Origin: Polyangiales bacterium
GTDB taxonomy: Bacteria > Myxococcota_A > Polyangia > Polyangiales > Polyangiaceae
Length of the DNA stretch: 64,000 nt
Assembly (NCBI GenBank): GCA_038231275.1
Contig: JBBRLQ010000011.1
Location: 32,001 to 96,000, forward strand
Reading direction: 5' to 3'
In this document: positions 12,530 to 22,855 of the stretch, one piece after another
How the letters are laid out: each line of letters starts with the position of its first letter
Position numbering within the stretch: position 1 is the stretch's first letter
Position numbers and translations under genes: made by a program
Notes under the pieces: model-generated
What the model saw: the letters and a program-made list of their open reading frames with translations, nothing else
The model's database searches: none
Told to the model about the DNA's origin: nothing

Positions 12530-12608
12530 GCGAACGATTCGTTCGCCGCCTGCGAACGGTTCGTTCGTCCCGCGAACGGCGAGTTCGCGGACGGCGCCTG
12601 GCGTTCGC
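12530..12608. promoter_or_regulatory. Array of palindromes GCGAAC-N5-GTTCG(C), putative enhancer
   Basis: Copies at 12530, 12552 and 12572, plus a half-site GTTCGC at 12603. Confidence 0.65.
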
Positions 12609-12645
12609 CACTTGCGACGGCACGTGAGATGCTGAGGAGGTGAGG

Positions 12646-13485
12646 ATGGCCTGGCGCACCCACCTCGTCGTGGTCACGATCGTCGCCGCCCTCGTCATGG
12701 CGATCGGCTGCGGCGTGAGCAACCTCGACCTCGACGGCAAGCAGTGCGACGGGAACGGCAGCTGCGCGTCGGGCTACGTGTGCGATCCGAACACCAACAC
12801 GTGCAACCGCCCCGCGTGCATCCCGCGGACGTGCGAGGCCGCCGGCAACCCGTGCAGCCGCGTCGACGACGGCTGCGGCGGGTTCCTCGACGGGTGCTCG
12901 TCGTGCGTCGATCCGTTCCGCTGCGTCGACGCGAAGTGCCGGTGCGTCTCGCAAACGTGCCAAGAGCGCGGCGCAGCGTGCGGCGTCCTCCCCAAGCAGT
13001 GCGCCGATCCGAACGACAGCTTCTGCGGCGATTGTCCGGGCGGCCAGACGTGCGGCGCCGGCGGTGACCACAGATGCGGCGCGGGCACATGCGTTCCGCG
13101 AACGTGCAAACCGAGCGACTGCGGCGACGTGTCCGACGGCTGCAACGGCGTCCTTCACTGCGCGACCTCTTGCGCGCTTCCGCAGACCTGCGGCGGTGGC
13201 GGCGCGACCGGCACCTGCGGGTGCGCGCCGAAGACATGCCCGCAAAAAGGGTGGGCGTGCGGCACCGGCGGCGACGAGTGCGGCGGAACACTTACGTGCA
13301 CGGGGACGTGCACTGGCGCGCAGACCTGCTTCAACCACGCGTGCTGCACGCCGCGGACGTGCCAGACCGGCGGACCGCACTGCGGCGCGGGTTATCCCGA
13401 CCTGTGCGGCGGCACGCTCACGTGCGGCGGCTGCGACACGAACAAGAAGTGCAACATCGACACGCACCTCTGCGTTCCGCTGTGA
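12646..13485 (+). CDS. Cys-rich repeat lipoprotein
   Basis: RBS GAGGAGG; AIGC lipobox; repeated CxPxTC...CG...DGCGG units. Confidence 0.85.
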   Translation: MAWRTHLVVVTIVAALVMAIGCGVSNLDLDGKQCDGNGSCASGYVCDPNTNTCNRPACIPRTCEAAGNPCSRVDDGCGGFLDGCSSCVDPFRCVDAKCRCVSQTCQERGAACGVLPKQCADPNDSFCGDCPGGQTCGAGGDHRCGAGTCVPRTCKPSDCGDVSDGCNGVLHCATSCALPQTCGGGGATGTCGCAPKTCPQKGWACGTGGDECGGTLTCTGTCTGAQTCFNHACCTPRTCQTGGPHCGAGYPDLCGGTLTCGGCDTNKKCNIDTHLCVPL

Positions 13486-13491
13486 CTCTCC

Positions 13492-14211
13492 TCAGAAGGC
13501 GCCGGAGATTCGAAGGCCGCCTACCGTCGGCGTGACCTCGACGCGGGGGATCGGGCCCGAGGCGCGGAGATCGAGGATGCCCCACACGACGCCCGCGGCT
13601 GCGAGGGCGCCGCCGGCTACGTACGCGACGGTCGCGACGGTCGCGTCGGTCTTCGCGACGTCTTGGTCGTGCGTGGCGGTCGTCTGCACCGGCTCCTTCA
13701 CGCCGTCCGCGTGCTTGCCGTTCGACAAGAGGGTGAACGCGATGCCGGTGCCGACGCCCGCGACGCCGAAGCCCGCGACGATCCAAGGCGCAGCGCTCGG
13801 CTTCTTCTCCGGAGGCTTTCGCTCCGCCGCGCGTCGCTTCTCGGCCTCGCGCTCGGCGATCTGCCGGCGCAGCGTGGCGATGCGCTGCTGGATGGCCCCC
13901 TTGTCCTTCGCGTCCGGCTGCACTGCGAGGAAGTCTTCGTACGCCTTGGCCGCGCTCGCGAGATCTCCGAGGCCTTCGTACGCGCGCGCGAGATTGTAGA
14001 GGAGGACCGGCTCTTTTTGCAGGACGTACGCCTCCCGCAAGAGACGCGCGGCCTCCGCGAACTGCCCCTTCTGGTAGGCCACCTCACTGCGGTCGAAGAG
14101 GTCGAGCGCGCGCTGCTGCTCAGCGGTCTCCGCGAACGCGACGGTCGGCGCAAAAACCACGACCAGCGCCAAAAAGAGCCGGATCGCGAGCGGGACGAGG
14201 CACCGAGGCAT
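13492..14211 (-). CDS. Secreted TPR protein with C-terminal hydrophobic segments
   Basis: Signal peptide (AFA-E), TPR (LLYNLARAYEGLG), two hydrophobic stretches, ends GLRISGAF. Confidence 0.85.
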   Translation of the reverse strand: MPRCLVPLAIRLFLALVVVFAPTVAFAETAEQQRALDLFDRSEVAYQKGQFAEAARLLREAYVLQKEPVLLYNLARAYEGLGDLASAAKAYEDFLAVQPDAKDKGAIQQRIATLRRQIAEREAEKRRAAERKPPEKKPSAAPWIVAGFGVAGVGTGIAFTLLSNGKHADGVKEPVQTTATHDQDVAKTDATVATVAYVAGGALAAAGVVWGILDLRASGPIPRVEVTPTVGGLRISGAF

Positions 14212-14269
14212 CCGTTCGATCTAGCCCCACGGGGCAGCTCCCGTCCATTCGTGCGATACTTTCTTTGCG

Positions 14270-15754
14270 GTGAGCCTCCCTACCACCATCGGTCGGTACG
14301 AGATCCTCGGCGAGCTCGCGACGGGTGGCATGGCCGAGATCCTGCTCGGCCGCGTGACGGGGCAAGGGGGCTTCGAGCGGCCAGTCGTCATCAAGCGCAT
14401 CCTCCCGCACCTGGCGCGTCAGAAGGAGTTCGTCGAGATGTTCCTCGACGAGGCGCGCATCGTCGCGCAGATCCGTCACCCCAACGTCGTCCACGTGCAG
14501 GAGCTCGGTCAGGAGGCGGGGGAGCTCTACCTCGTCATGGAGTACCTCGAAGGGGAGAGCGTCGCGGGCCTCGTAAAGCGCCTCCTCTTGAAGCAGCGCG
14601 CGGTGCCGCCGTCGCTCGCCGCGTTCGTGATTGCCGAGGCGTGCGCGGGTCTCCACGCCGCCCACGAGCTCGAGGACGCCGACGGCGCGCCGCAGCGGCT
14701 CGTGCACCGCGACGTGTCGCCGCAGAACGTATTTTTGACGTACCAGGGGCAAGTGAAGGTCATCGACTTCGGCGTCGCGAAGGCGACCGATCGCATCGCG
14801 CGCACCGAGGCGGGGCAGATCAAGGGAAAGTACGAGTACATGGCCCCCGAGCAGTGCCTCGGCGGCGCCGTGGATCGGAGGAGCGACGTCTTCGCGCTCG
14901 GCGTCCTCTTGTACGAGCTCGGGACGATGCGGCGCCTCTTCAAGCGCTTCAACCAGATGCTTGCGCTGAAGGCGATCTGCGAGGAGCCGGTCGTTCCTCC
15001 ATCGCGGGCGGCGCCCTCCTTTCCCCCGCGCCTCGAGGCGATCTGCCTCCGCGCGCTCGCCAAGAATCCCAACGATCGCTTCGCGTCGGCCGCCGACATG
15101 CGCCGCGAGCTGCTCGCATTCCTTCGCGAAGCCAGCCCAAGGGAGCACGCGCCGGAGCCTAGCGAAGAGCTCGCGGCGGTGATGAACGACGTCTTCGCCG
15201 ATCGCATCGAGGAGAAGCGCGAGCTGCTCCGAAAGATGGGCTCGGGCTCGGCGGTCACGCACGTCCCCGCGGGAGAAGCCGACACCGAGGTCGACGTTCC
15301 CGGCGTCGATGCGGGCGCAGGCCTCACCACGGGGACGGGCTCGTCCCTCGACACGCCCGCCGGCATTCCGCGCCGCCGCACCACCTCCTTCGCGCTCGTC
15401 CTCGCGTCCCTGGTCCTGGTGGGCGCCGCGGCGTTCGTCCTCGTGCGGGTGAGATCGCACCCTCCTCCGCCGTCCGCCGCGGCGATCGCGACTCCGACTC
15501 CGACTCCGACTCCGACTCCGACTCCGACTCCGACTCCGACTCCGACTCCGACTCCGACTCCGACTCCGACTCCGACATCGACCGCCACATCGACCGCGGC
15601 GACGACCACGACCGCGACCGATCCCAGGGGCGTTCGCCGTCCCCGGGGTCCCAGGCCTCCTCCCCCGGCCGCGTCCTCCATCGCCGTGACGCCGCCTCCG
15701 CCTCCGCCGGACCCCGCGCCGGCCTCGAGCAAGGGGTTTCACCGCTTCGAATAG
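14270..15754 (+). CDS. Membrane Ser/Thr protein kinase
   Basis: LATGGMAE, VVIKR, HRDVSPQN, DFG, YMAPE; TM helix; (TP)n stalk; tail KGFHRFE. Confidence 0.92.
   Translation: MSLPTTIGRYEILGELATGGMAEILLGRVTGQGGFERPVVIKRILPHLARQKEFVEMFLDEARIVAQIRHPNVVHVQELGQEAGELYLVMEYLEGESVAGLVKRLLLKQRAVPPSLAAFVIAEACAGLHAAHELEDADGAPQRLVHRDVSPQNVFLTYQGQVKVIDFGVAKATDRIARTEAGQIKGKYEYMAPEQCLGGAVDRRSDVFALGVLLYELGTMRRLFKRFNQMLALKAICEEPVVPPSRAAPSFPPRLEAICLRALAKNPNDRFASAADMRRELLAFLREASPREHAPEPSEELAAVMNDVFADRIEEKRELLRKMGSGSAVTHVPAGEADTEVDVPGVDAGAGLTTGTGSSLDTPAGIPRRRTTSFALVLASLVLVGAAAFVLVRVRSHPPPPSAAAIATPTPTPTPTPTPTPTPTPTPTPTPTPTPTSTATSTAATTTTATDPRGVRRPRGPRPPPPAASSIAVTPPPPPPDPAPASSKGFHRFE
15491..15574 (+). repeat. Perfect hexanucleotide repeat (ACTCCG)x14 encoding (TP)14
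   Basis: Directly visible. Confidence 0.95.
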
Positions 15755-15770
15755 GTGTACCATCGCCCTC

Positions 15771-17141
<1,371 letters not shown>

Positions 17142-17180
17142 GTGGAGCGAAGCGCAGCGGAGCGGAACGGTCCTGAGGGA

Positions 17181-17211
17181 AAGGGCTGAGCGGCTTTTCC
17201 GGTCAGCCCTT
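17181..17211. terminator. Hairpin after the EBP gene (terminator or REP-like)
   Basis: AAGGGCTGA(G)CGG-CTTTT-CCG(G)TCAGCCCTT inverted repeat. Confidence 0.5.
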
Positions 17212-17220
17212 GAGGGCGGC

Positions 17221-17260
17221 GCAACGCGCGGCGGGTTGCATGCAACCTTCCCTGCGTTGA
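17221..17260. promoter_or_regulatory. Double palindrome GCAAC-N9-GTTGC-AT-GCAAC-N9-GTTGA, putative enhancer
   Basis: Contains the perfect palindrome GGTTGCATGCAACC (17234-17247); same architecture at 24261-24302. Confidence 0.65.
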
Positions 17261-17332
17261 ACAGGCGCGCGGCCAGTGCGTCGGCCCGTCGCATTTCGAG
17301 GGAGACGACGGCAACCTCCGCGCGAGCCCGCG

Positions 17333-17348
17333 TGGAACGACGATTGCT
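17333..17348 (+). promoter_or_regulatory. Sigma54 (-24/-12) promoter
   Basis: TGGAACGACGATTGCT, one mismatch to TGGCAC-N5-TTGCW. Confidence 0.75.
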
Positions 17349-17361
17349 CTTGAGGGCGTGC

Positions 17362-18168
17362 ATGCGAATCCGTTCCCGTCTCGTTGCCTCCGCGTGCAGC
17401 GTCGTTCTCCTCGCAGCGTCTCCCGCGGGCGCGCAATCGCCGTCGGATGCGCCAAGCGATCGAGAGGGGACGCCCGACGCGCGGGGGTCCTCGCCGATCG
17501 TCGCGTACACCTACGCCGCCGCGGGCGCCGCAGGTCATACGATGGGCGCCCAGACGTACGGTCTCGCGCTCGGCGGCCGCGGCGCGGGGCGCGGCGCGAT
17601 GCTCGGCGGCGGCGTCACGATCTGGGGCGCGCCCGTCGACCGGCTTACGCTCGTCGGCGACGCGTCCCGCGATGGGTTCGGGCAGTTCGCCCCGTCGGCC
17701 ACCGCGATCGTTCGTGTGCTCGGGCGCGCGGACGACGGCTTTTCCCTAGGGCTCCTCGGAAAGTTCAAGGTCGACGGCTTCGCCGTCGGTCCGAACGGCG
17801 AGATGGAGAGCGAGATCGAGTCCGGCCTCCTCCTCTCCTACGCGCGCACGGGGTGGCATGCCGATCTCAACGCGATCGGCGGGGTCGGCACGGGCGACGA
17901 TGGAGAGGTGGACGCCGAGGGACGGCTGCGTCTAGGGAGGGACCTGGGCGACCTCGCCCGCGTCGGCGTTGACGGGCAGATGCGCTATCGCCTCCACGGG
18001 GACACGCCGCTTCTGGGGGGACGCACATGGGACTTCGCCGGAGGGCCGCAGCTGCTCGTCGGGCGGCGCCCCTTCTATGCCGCGCTCACCGGCGGGCCTG
18101 CGACGATGGGTATCGCTCGCGGCGTGGGTTGGTCCGGCGTCATCACCGTAGGCGGCACGATCTTTTAG
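17362..18168 (+). CDS. Secreted protein, probable outer-membrane beta-barrel
   Basis: Signal peptide (AGA-Q); Gly/aromatic amphipathic strands; terminal Phe (VGGTIF). Confidence 0.65.
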   Translation: MRIRSRLVASACSVVLLAASPAGAQSPSDAPSDREGTPDARGSSPIVAYTYAAAGAAGHTMGAQTYGLALGGRGAGRGAMLGGGVTIWGAPVDRLTLVGDASRDGFGQFAPSATAIVRVLGRADDGFSLGLLGKFKVDGFAVGPNGEMESEIESGLLLSYARTGWHADLNAIGGVGTGDDGEVDAEGRLRLGRDLGDLARVGVDGQMRYRLHGDTPLLGGRTWDFAGGPQLLVGRRPFYAALTGGPATMGIARGVGWSGVITVGGTIF

Positions 18169-18215
18169 CGCGCCGTTCAGCTCGCCCGCGCACTCGCACC
18201 AGAAAAGGAAGCGTC

Positions 18216-20069
18216 ATGACTACAGGGAAGAACACGAGCTCGCTCCATCGAACGGGCTTGGCGACGATGGCCTGCGTACCGCTCCTCTTTCTGTTCTTGA
18301 GCGGCGACGTTCACGAGGCCATCGCCGCGTGCAAGGAGGGATCGACCTCGCCCTGCATCGTCGGCGGAAGGAAGGGCACTGCCGAGTGCATCGGCGGCCG
18401 GATGCTGTGCGAGCCCGACAACCCGCCGCCGACGACGCCGCCGGGCGTGGTCGTCCCGCCGGGGCCGGGAAAATTCGATCTGCTCGCTCCGTCGGAGGAC
18501 GACAACGGCCTCCCGCTCAACCCGCGCTGGCGGTTCCAGGAGCAGTACCCGAACCTGCTGCCGCTCCTGACGTTCGACGCACCCCAGCGTTGCGGCAGCG
18601 AGGCGTGGAAGTCGCCGTGCACGGCGTACCCTACGACCGACGACAACTGGAGCTCCGCGAAGAGCAGCGTCCTCGGCCCCCTCTCCTCGGCCTTCGGCGT
18701 TACTGGCTGCTTGTCCGGGCACCACAACTGGATGCCGGTCACGTACACCGGGCAGCTCTACTGGGAGAGCCACTCCGAGCCGGGGACCGACGACGACTAC
18801 AACTTCCGCCTCGTCCCGCCGCCCGCCGGGAACACCGGGATGTTCATCGTCGGCGCCGGCGTCACCGGCGAGAGCTACACCATCTTCCCGACGACCGGCG
18901 AGATCCGAAAGTCGGACGGGAGCGACGAGATCTCGCCCATCGACGGGACCCGGCTCCCCATCACCGCGGGCGCGTACAGCCTCGGGGTGGAGTTCGATTC
19001 GGACGAGACCATCGACCACTTCACGACGCCCTGGTGGGTCTCCTTCCACGACGCCGTCGATGCCGTCTCCAAGGCCAAGGGGGCCATCACCAACTGCGTC
19101 GTCCTCGGCGGAACCGGCTGCACGCAGAGCGCGCTCGTTGCCCTCTTCGAGGTCCTTCGACAGAAACAGTGGGCGGTCTACAACATGGTCGCCGGAAAGC
19201 ATACGATCGTGTCCGGCCTCTACGGCCTCGACTGCGCGCACGGGTGTTTTCCAGAGATTCATCCGGTCTTCGCGATGGCGATCCGCGTGAAGGACGATCC
19301 GACCGACGAAGTGTGGGAGATCTTCGCGCGCCGCTCGGGGGACGAGGGGTTCTGCAGCGAGAAGGAGTACGCGATCGGCGGGCTCCCGAATGACGCCTAC
19401 GCGCTCCGCCTGCCGACGCGCGGCACGGGCGTGCAAGTCACCCGCGAACAGTGGGGGACCAAGTCGGGATCCATCTCTGTCAGCTATCCGCCGATCGAGG
19501 CGCGTCATGGAAAGATCGTCGCGTTCAACACCGCCAGCCTCGACGACGTGATCCACGGTGAGCTCCATCTGGCCTGGACGGGCCCTGTGATTCACCCGCT
19601 GCCAGGCGGAATCGTGACGCCGCCCCTCACGCGAGGCGCGGCGCCGCGCCCGCCGATCCCGACGGGGCCGCCGCCTTCCATCGGCCCGGGCGTCGCGCCA
19701 GCCTCGCCGACCCCAAGCAACGAGGAGGGCCTCGAGCAGATCGTCTCGAGGATGACGGATCCGCAGCGACAGATCTTTCTCGGCAAGATGCCGGCGAAGG
19801 CGGCCTTCAAGCACACGACGCCGCCGAGGGCGCTGACGTCGTCACTCGTGAAGCCGGTCCGTCCGCCGCCCGTGCCGCTCCGTCCCAGCGTAAAGGTTTC
19901 GTCGAACCCCGGGCAGCAGGCCAAGGACCAGCAGCTCATCGACGCGCTCCGCGCCGTCTTCGGGCCGAACCTCGATCAGAACCTGCCGCCGCGCCGGGCC
20001 CCGAGGCCGCCGCACTGCCACACGAACCCCAGGACGGGAGTCGTCGTCTGCACCGACGGTGGGCCGTGA
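18216..20069 (+). CDS. Secreted hypothetical protein with Pro-rich C-terminus
   Basis: RBS AAGGAAG; hydrophobic N-terminus; motifs DDDYNF, EFDSDETIDHF, GLDCAHGCFPEIHP. Confidence 0.75.
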   Translation: MTTGKNTSSLHRTGLATMACVPLLFLFLSGDVHEAIAACKEGSTSPCIVGGRKGTAECIGGRMLCEPDNPPPTTPPGVVVPPGPGKFDLLAPSEDDNGLPLNPRWRFQEQYPNLLPLLTFDAPQRCGSEAWKSPCTAYPTTDDNWSSAKSSVLGPLSSAFGVTGCLSGHHNWMPVTYTGQLYWESHSEPGTDDDYNFRLVPPPAGNTGMFIVGAGVTGESYTIFPTTGEIRKSDGSDEISPIDGTRLPITAGAYSLGVEFDSDETIDHFTTPWWVSFHDAVDAVSKAKGAITNCVVLGGTGCTQSALVALFEVLRQKQWAVYNMVAGKHTIVSGLYGLDCAHGCFPEIHPVFAMAIRVKDDPTDEVWEIFARRSGDEGFCSEKEYAIGGLPNDAYALRLPTRGTGVQVTREQWGTKSGSISVSYPPIEARHGKIVAFNTASLDDVIHGELHLAWTGPVIHPLPGGIVTPPLTRGAAPRPPIPTGPPPSIGPGVAPASPTPSNEEGLEQIVSRMTDPQRQIFLGKMPAKAAFKHTTPPRALTSSLVKPVRPPPVPLRPSVKVSSNPGQQAKDQQLIDALRAVFGPNLDQNLPPRRAPRPPHCHTNPRTGVVVCTDGGP

Positions 20070-20100
20070 TCCCGTTGCTGACGTGGTATCAAAGGAGGGA

Positions 20101-22851
20101 ATGCTGGCCGCTGCCGGGGACTCCTTTCGCCTCGTAGGCACGGTCCTCGAGCGCAAGTACCGCGTCGATCGCCGCGTCGCGGAGGGTGGGTTCGGCGTGG
20201 TGTACGCGGGTCATCACCTCGGTCTCGACGTCCCGGTCGCTGTGAAGGTGCTGAAGCCGAGCGAGGACGCGAGCGCGGGGCTGGCGTCGGTCCTCGAGGA
20301 GGCGCGCCTCCTCGCGAAGCTGAGGCACCCGTGCATCGTCGCCGCGCTCGACTCGGGCCTCACGTACGTGGAGGCCCTCGGCCGCGACGTGCCGTGGATC
20401 GTGCTCGAGTGGGTCGATGGCGAGACGCTGCGCGACGATCTGTCGCGGCGGCGCGCCACCGGGTCACGCGGTCGATCACGTGTAGAGTGCATGGATCTAC
20501 TTCGGCCGGTGCTCGAGGCGATCGCAGCGGTCCACGAGGCGGGGATCGTCCACCGCGATCTCAAGCCGAACAACGTGATGCTCGCGCCCGGCGGCAAGGG
20601 CAACGTCACCGCCCGTGTGCTCGACTTCGGCGTCGCCAAGCTGATGCGCCGCGAGGAGAGCGAGGCCATCCCCACCGGCGATACGGCGACGGGCACGCGC
20701 GGCTCGGCGTTCACGCGGGAGTCGGCAGCGCCCGAGCAGCTGTCGGGCGCGCGCACGGGCCCGTGGACCGACGTGTTCGCGCTCGCGCTGCTGCTCGTCG
20801 AGGTCCTCACCGATCGCGCGCCGTGGGGCACGACCGACGCGAATGAGCACTACCGCGCCGTCTTTGCTCCGGAGCGGCCGACGCCGGCGCGCCTCGGCGT
20901 GGACGTCGGCGCGTGGGAGGCGATCGTGGCGCGCGCGCTCTCAGTGCGCCCGGCGGATCGTCCGCCGAGCGCGCGCGCCCTGCTCGAAGAGCTCGACGGC
21001 GCGCTGGCGACGGCGTCGCGGGATGCGCCCCAGGGTGGGGTCGCGACGTCTGACAGCGTGCTCCCGGACAGCGGTTTCGCGGCGACCGAGCGCCGCGCGG
21101 ACGACGCCGCCCCCGAGACGACCGCTCGCGCGCGGCGCAACGGCGCGGTGCTCGCGCTCGCCGCGATCGCAGGCTTGGCGGCGCTCTCGTTGGGAGCCTT
21201 CGCGATCCGCTCGCGCGACCGCGGACCGAGCGCGGTCGCGTCGCCCGACGTCGACGCCGCCGCAGCAGCGCGCCCAGGCGTCTTCGCGCTCGCGTCGCCG
21301 CCCTCGCAGATCACCCGCGCAGGCGACTGCTCGGGATCGCCCATCTTCGCGGAGGACGGCTCGATCGTCTTCGTCCGCCAGGAATCGGGCGCGAGCCGCC
21401 TCGTCCGAATCGATCCCGCGACGCACGAGGAGCGCGCGCTCACGAGCGATCCTGGTGGCAGCGCCTCGCGTCCCGCGCCCGGCGAAGGCGGCAGCGTCAC
21501 CTATTCGTTCCGTCCGAAGGGGAGGGCAGCGACGGAGGTGCGTACCGTGCCGCTCGCCGGCGGCGCGTCGCGAAGCCTGGAGCGCGGAGACGATCCGTGG
21601 TTCGCCGGCGGTTTTCTCTTCTTCCTCCGGGGCGACGATCGGGCCATCCGTCGGCGGGCGCTCGACGGGAGCGTCGACGATGTCGTCTTCGAGGCGCCCT
21701 CCACCTCGCTCTTCGAGAGCCTCGTCGTCTCCCGGGACGCACGCTGGATCGCGGCGACGAAGGGGGGCCTGGATACCGGTCGCCCCGCCAAGCCGCTGTG
21801 CATCGGCGAGGTAGGGTCGGGGAGGCCGCTCGACTGCACGTCGGCGGGCTTCACCACCGGGCGCCGCGCCGCGTTCTCTCCCGATGGCCGCGCCGTCTAT
21901 CTCACCCGGCAGGATTCGATCGTCCGCTTGGAGCTGGCGACGCTCGAAGCGACGACGGTGCCGGTGTCGCCGAGCGCGACGAGCCTCGCCATCGCCAAAG
22001 ACGGCGAGCGCATGGTCATGTCGACGTGCCGGACCGTCTACGAGGTCTTCCGCGGTGACGGGGGCGCGACCGCTCCGCTCGCGGCGGCCGTCGGCGCCGT
22101 CGGCTCCCCGGCAGTCGGTCCGCGCGGCGAGCTCGCGTTTCCTGTCGCCGCCGGCGGGTTCACCGCGCTCGCGTTCGCCGCGGACGGCGCCGCGTCGCGT
22201 CGCGTGCTGACGACGGGAGAGCGCCTGATCACCGAGGCCGCGTTCTCCCCCGACGGGACGCGGATCGCCTTCCACGACGGCGCAGCGGGTGGCGGAATCT
22301 TCGTCGTAGAGGCCGACGGCGATCGCGGTCCGACGCGCCTGACGTCCGATCCCGCCGACGCGACGCCGTTCTGGCTCGATCAAGAGCACGTCGTCTACAT
22401 GCACCCGGAGGAAGGGCTCGCCTATGGCCGCGTGTACGTCGTGTCCGCCGTCGGTGGCACCCCTACGCCGCTGCCGAAGGTGCCAGGTACGCTCGTCGGC
22501 GCGGTCCCGTCGCGCGGCACGTTGCTCCTCGCGTACCAGAACCCTTCGGGCGACAAGCTCGTCGAGGCGACGCGCGCGGGGAAGGTCCACGACGTGGCGC
22601 TCGCCGGGAGCCCCCCCGACATGCGCTGGGAGACGTACACCGCAGCGTCTCCGGGCGGGCGTCACCTTGCCTGGTTCTCGGGCGGCAAGGCGTGGCGCGC
22701 GGACTTGACGACGGGAAAGGCCGCGCCGGTCGAGATCGACGCCCCGAGGGGCGCGCCGATCTCGATCCAGCCCGACGACGAGGGGCGGGTGACGTCGTCG
22801 TTCCGTCACTCCGAGGGGCAGCTCTACGAGGCGCGCGGCACCTTCCGCTGA
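20101..22851 (+). CDS. Membrane Ser/Thr kinase with extracytoplasmic TolB-like beta-propeller
   Basis: RBS AGGAGG; GGFGVVY, VAVK, HRDLKPNN, DFG, APE; TM; AFSPDG repeats. Confidence 0.9.
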   Translation: MLAAAGDSFRLVGTVLERKYRVDRRVAEGGFGVVYAGHHLGLDVPVAVKVLKPSEDASAGLASVLEEARLLAKLRHPCIVAALDSGLTYVEALGRDVPWIVLEWVDGETLRDDLSRRRATGSRGRSRVECMDLLRPVLEAIAAVHEAGIVHRDLKPNNVMLAPGGKGNVTARVLDFGVAKLMRREESEAIPTGDTATGTRGSAFTRESAAPEQLSGARTGPWTDVFALALLLVEVLTDRAPWGTTDANEHYRAVFAPERPTPARLGVDVGAWEAIVARALSVRPADRPPSARALLEELDGALATASRDAPQGGVATSDSVLPDSGFAATERRADDAAPETTARARRNGAVLALAAIAGLAALSLGAFAIRSRDRGPSAVASPDVDAAAAARPGVFALASPPSQITRAGDCSGSPIFAEDGSIVFVRQESGASRLVRIDPATHEERALTSDPGGSASRPAPGEGGSVTYSFRPKGRAATEVRTVPLAGGASRSLERGDDPWFAGGFLFFLRGDDRAIRRRALDGSVDDVVFEAPSTSLFESLVVSRDARWIAATKGGLDTGRPAKPLCIGEVGSGRPLDCTSAGFTTGRRAAFSPDGRAVYLTRQDSIVRLELATLEATTVPVSPSATSLAIAKDGERMVMSTCRTVYEVFRGDGGATAPLAAAVGAVGSPAVGPRGELAFPVAAGGFTALAFAADGAASRRVLTTGERLITEAAFSPDGTRIAFHDGAAGGGIFVVEADGDRGPTRLTSDPADATPFWLDQEHVVYMHPEEGLAYGRVYVVSAVGGTPTPLPKVPGTLVGAVPSRGTLLLAYQNPSGDKLVEATRAGKVHDVALAGSPPDMRWETYTAASPGGRHLAWFSGGKAWRADLTTGKAAPVEIDAPRGAPISIQPDDEGRVTSSFRHSEGQLYEARGTFR

Positions 22852-22855
22852 CGCG

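Noticed and set aside
12530..12608. Possible mini-CRISPR array
   Set aside because: Period is only 20-22 bp with no spacer-length unique sequence and no cas genes in the window
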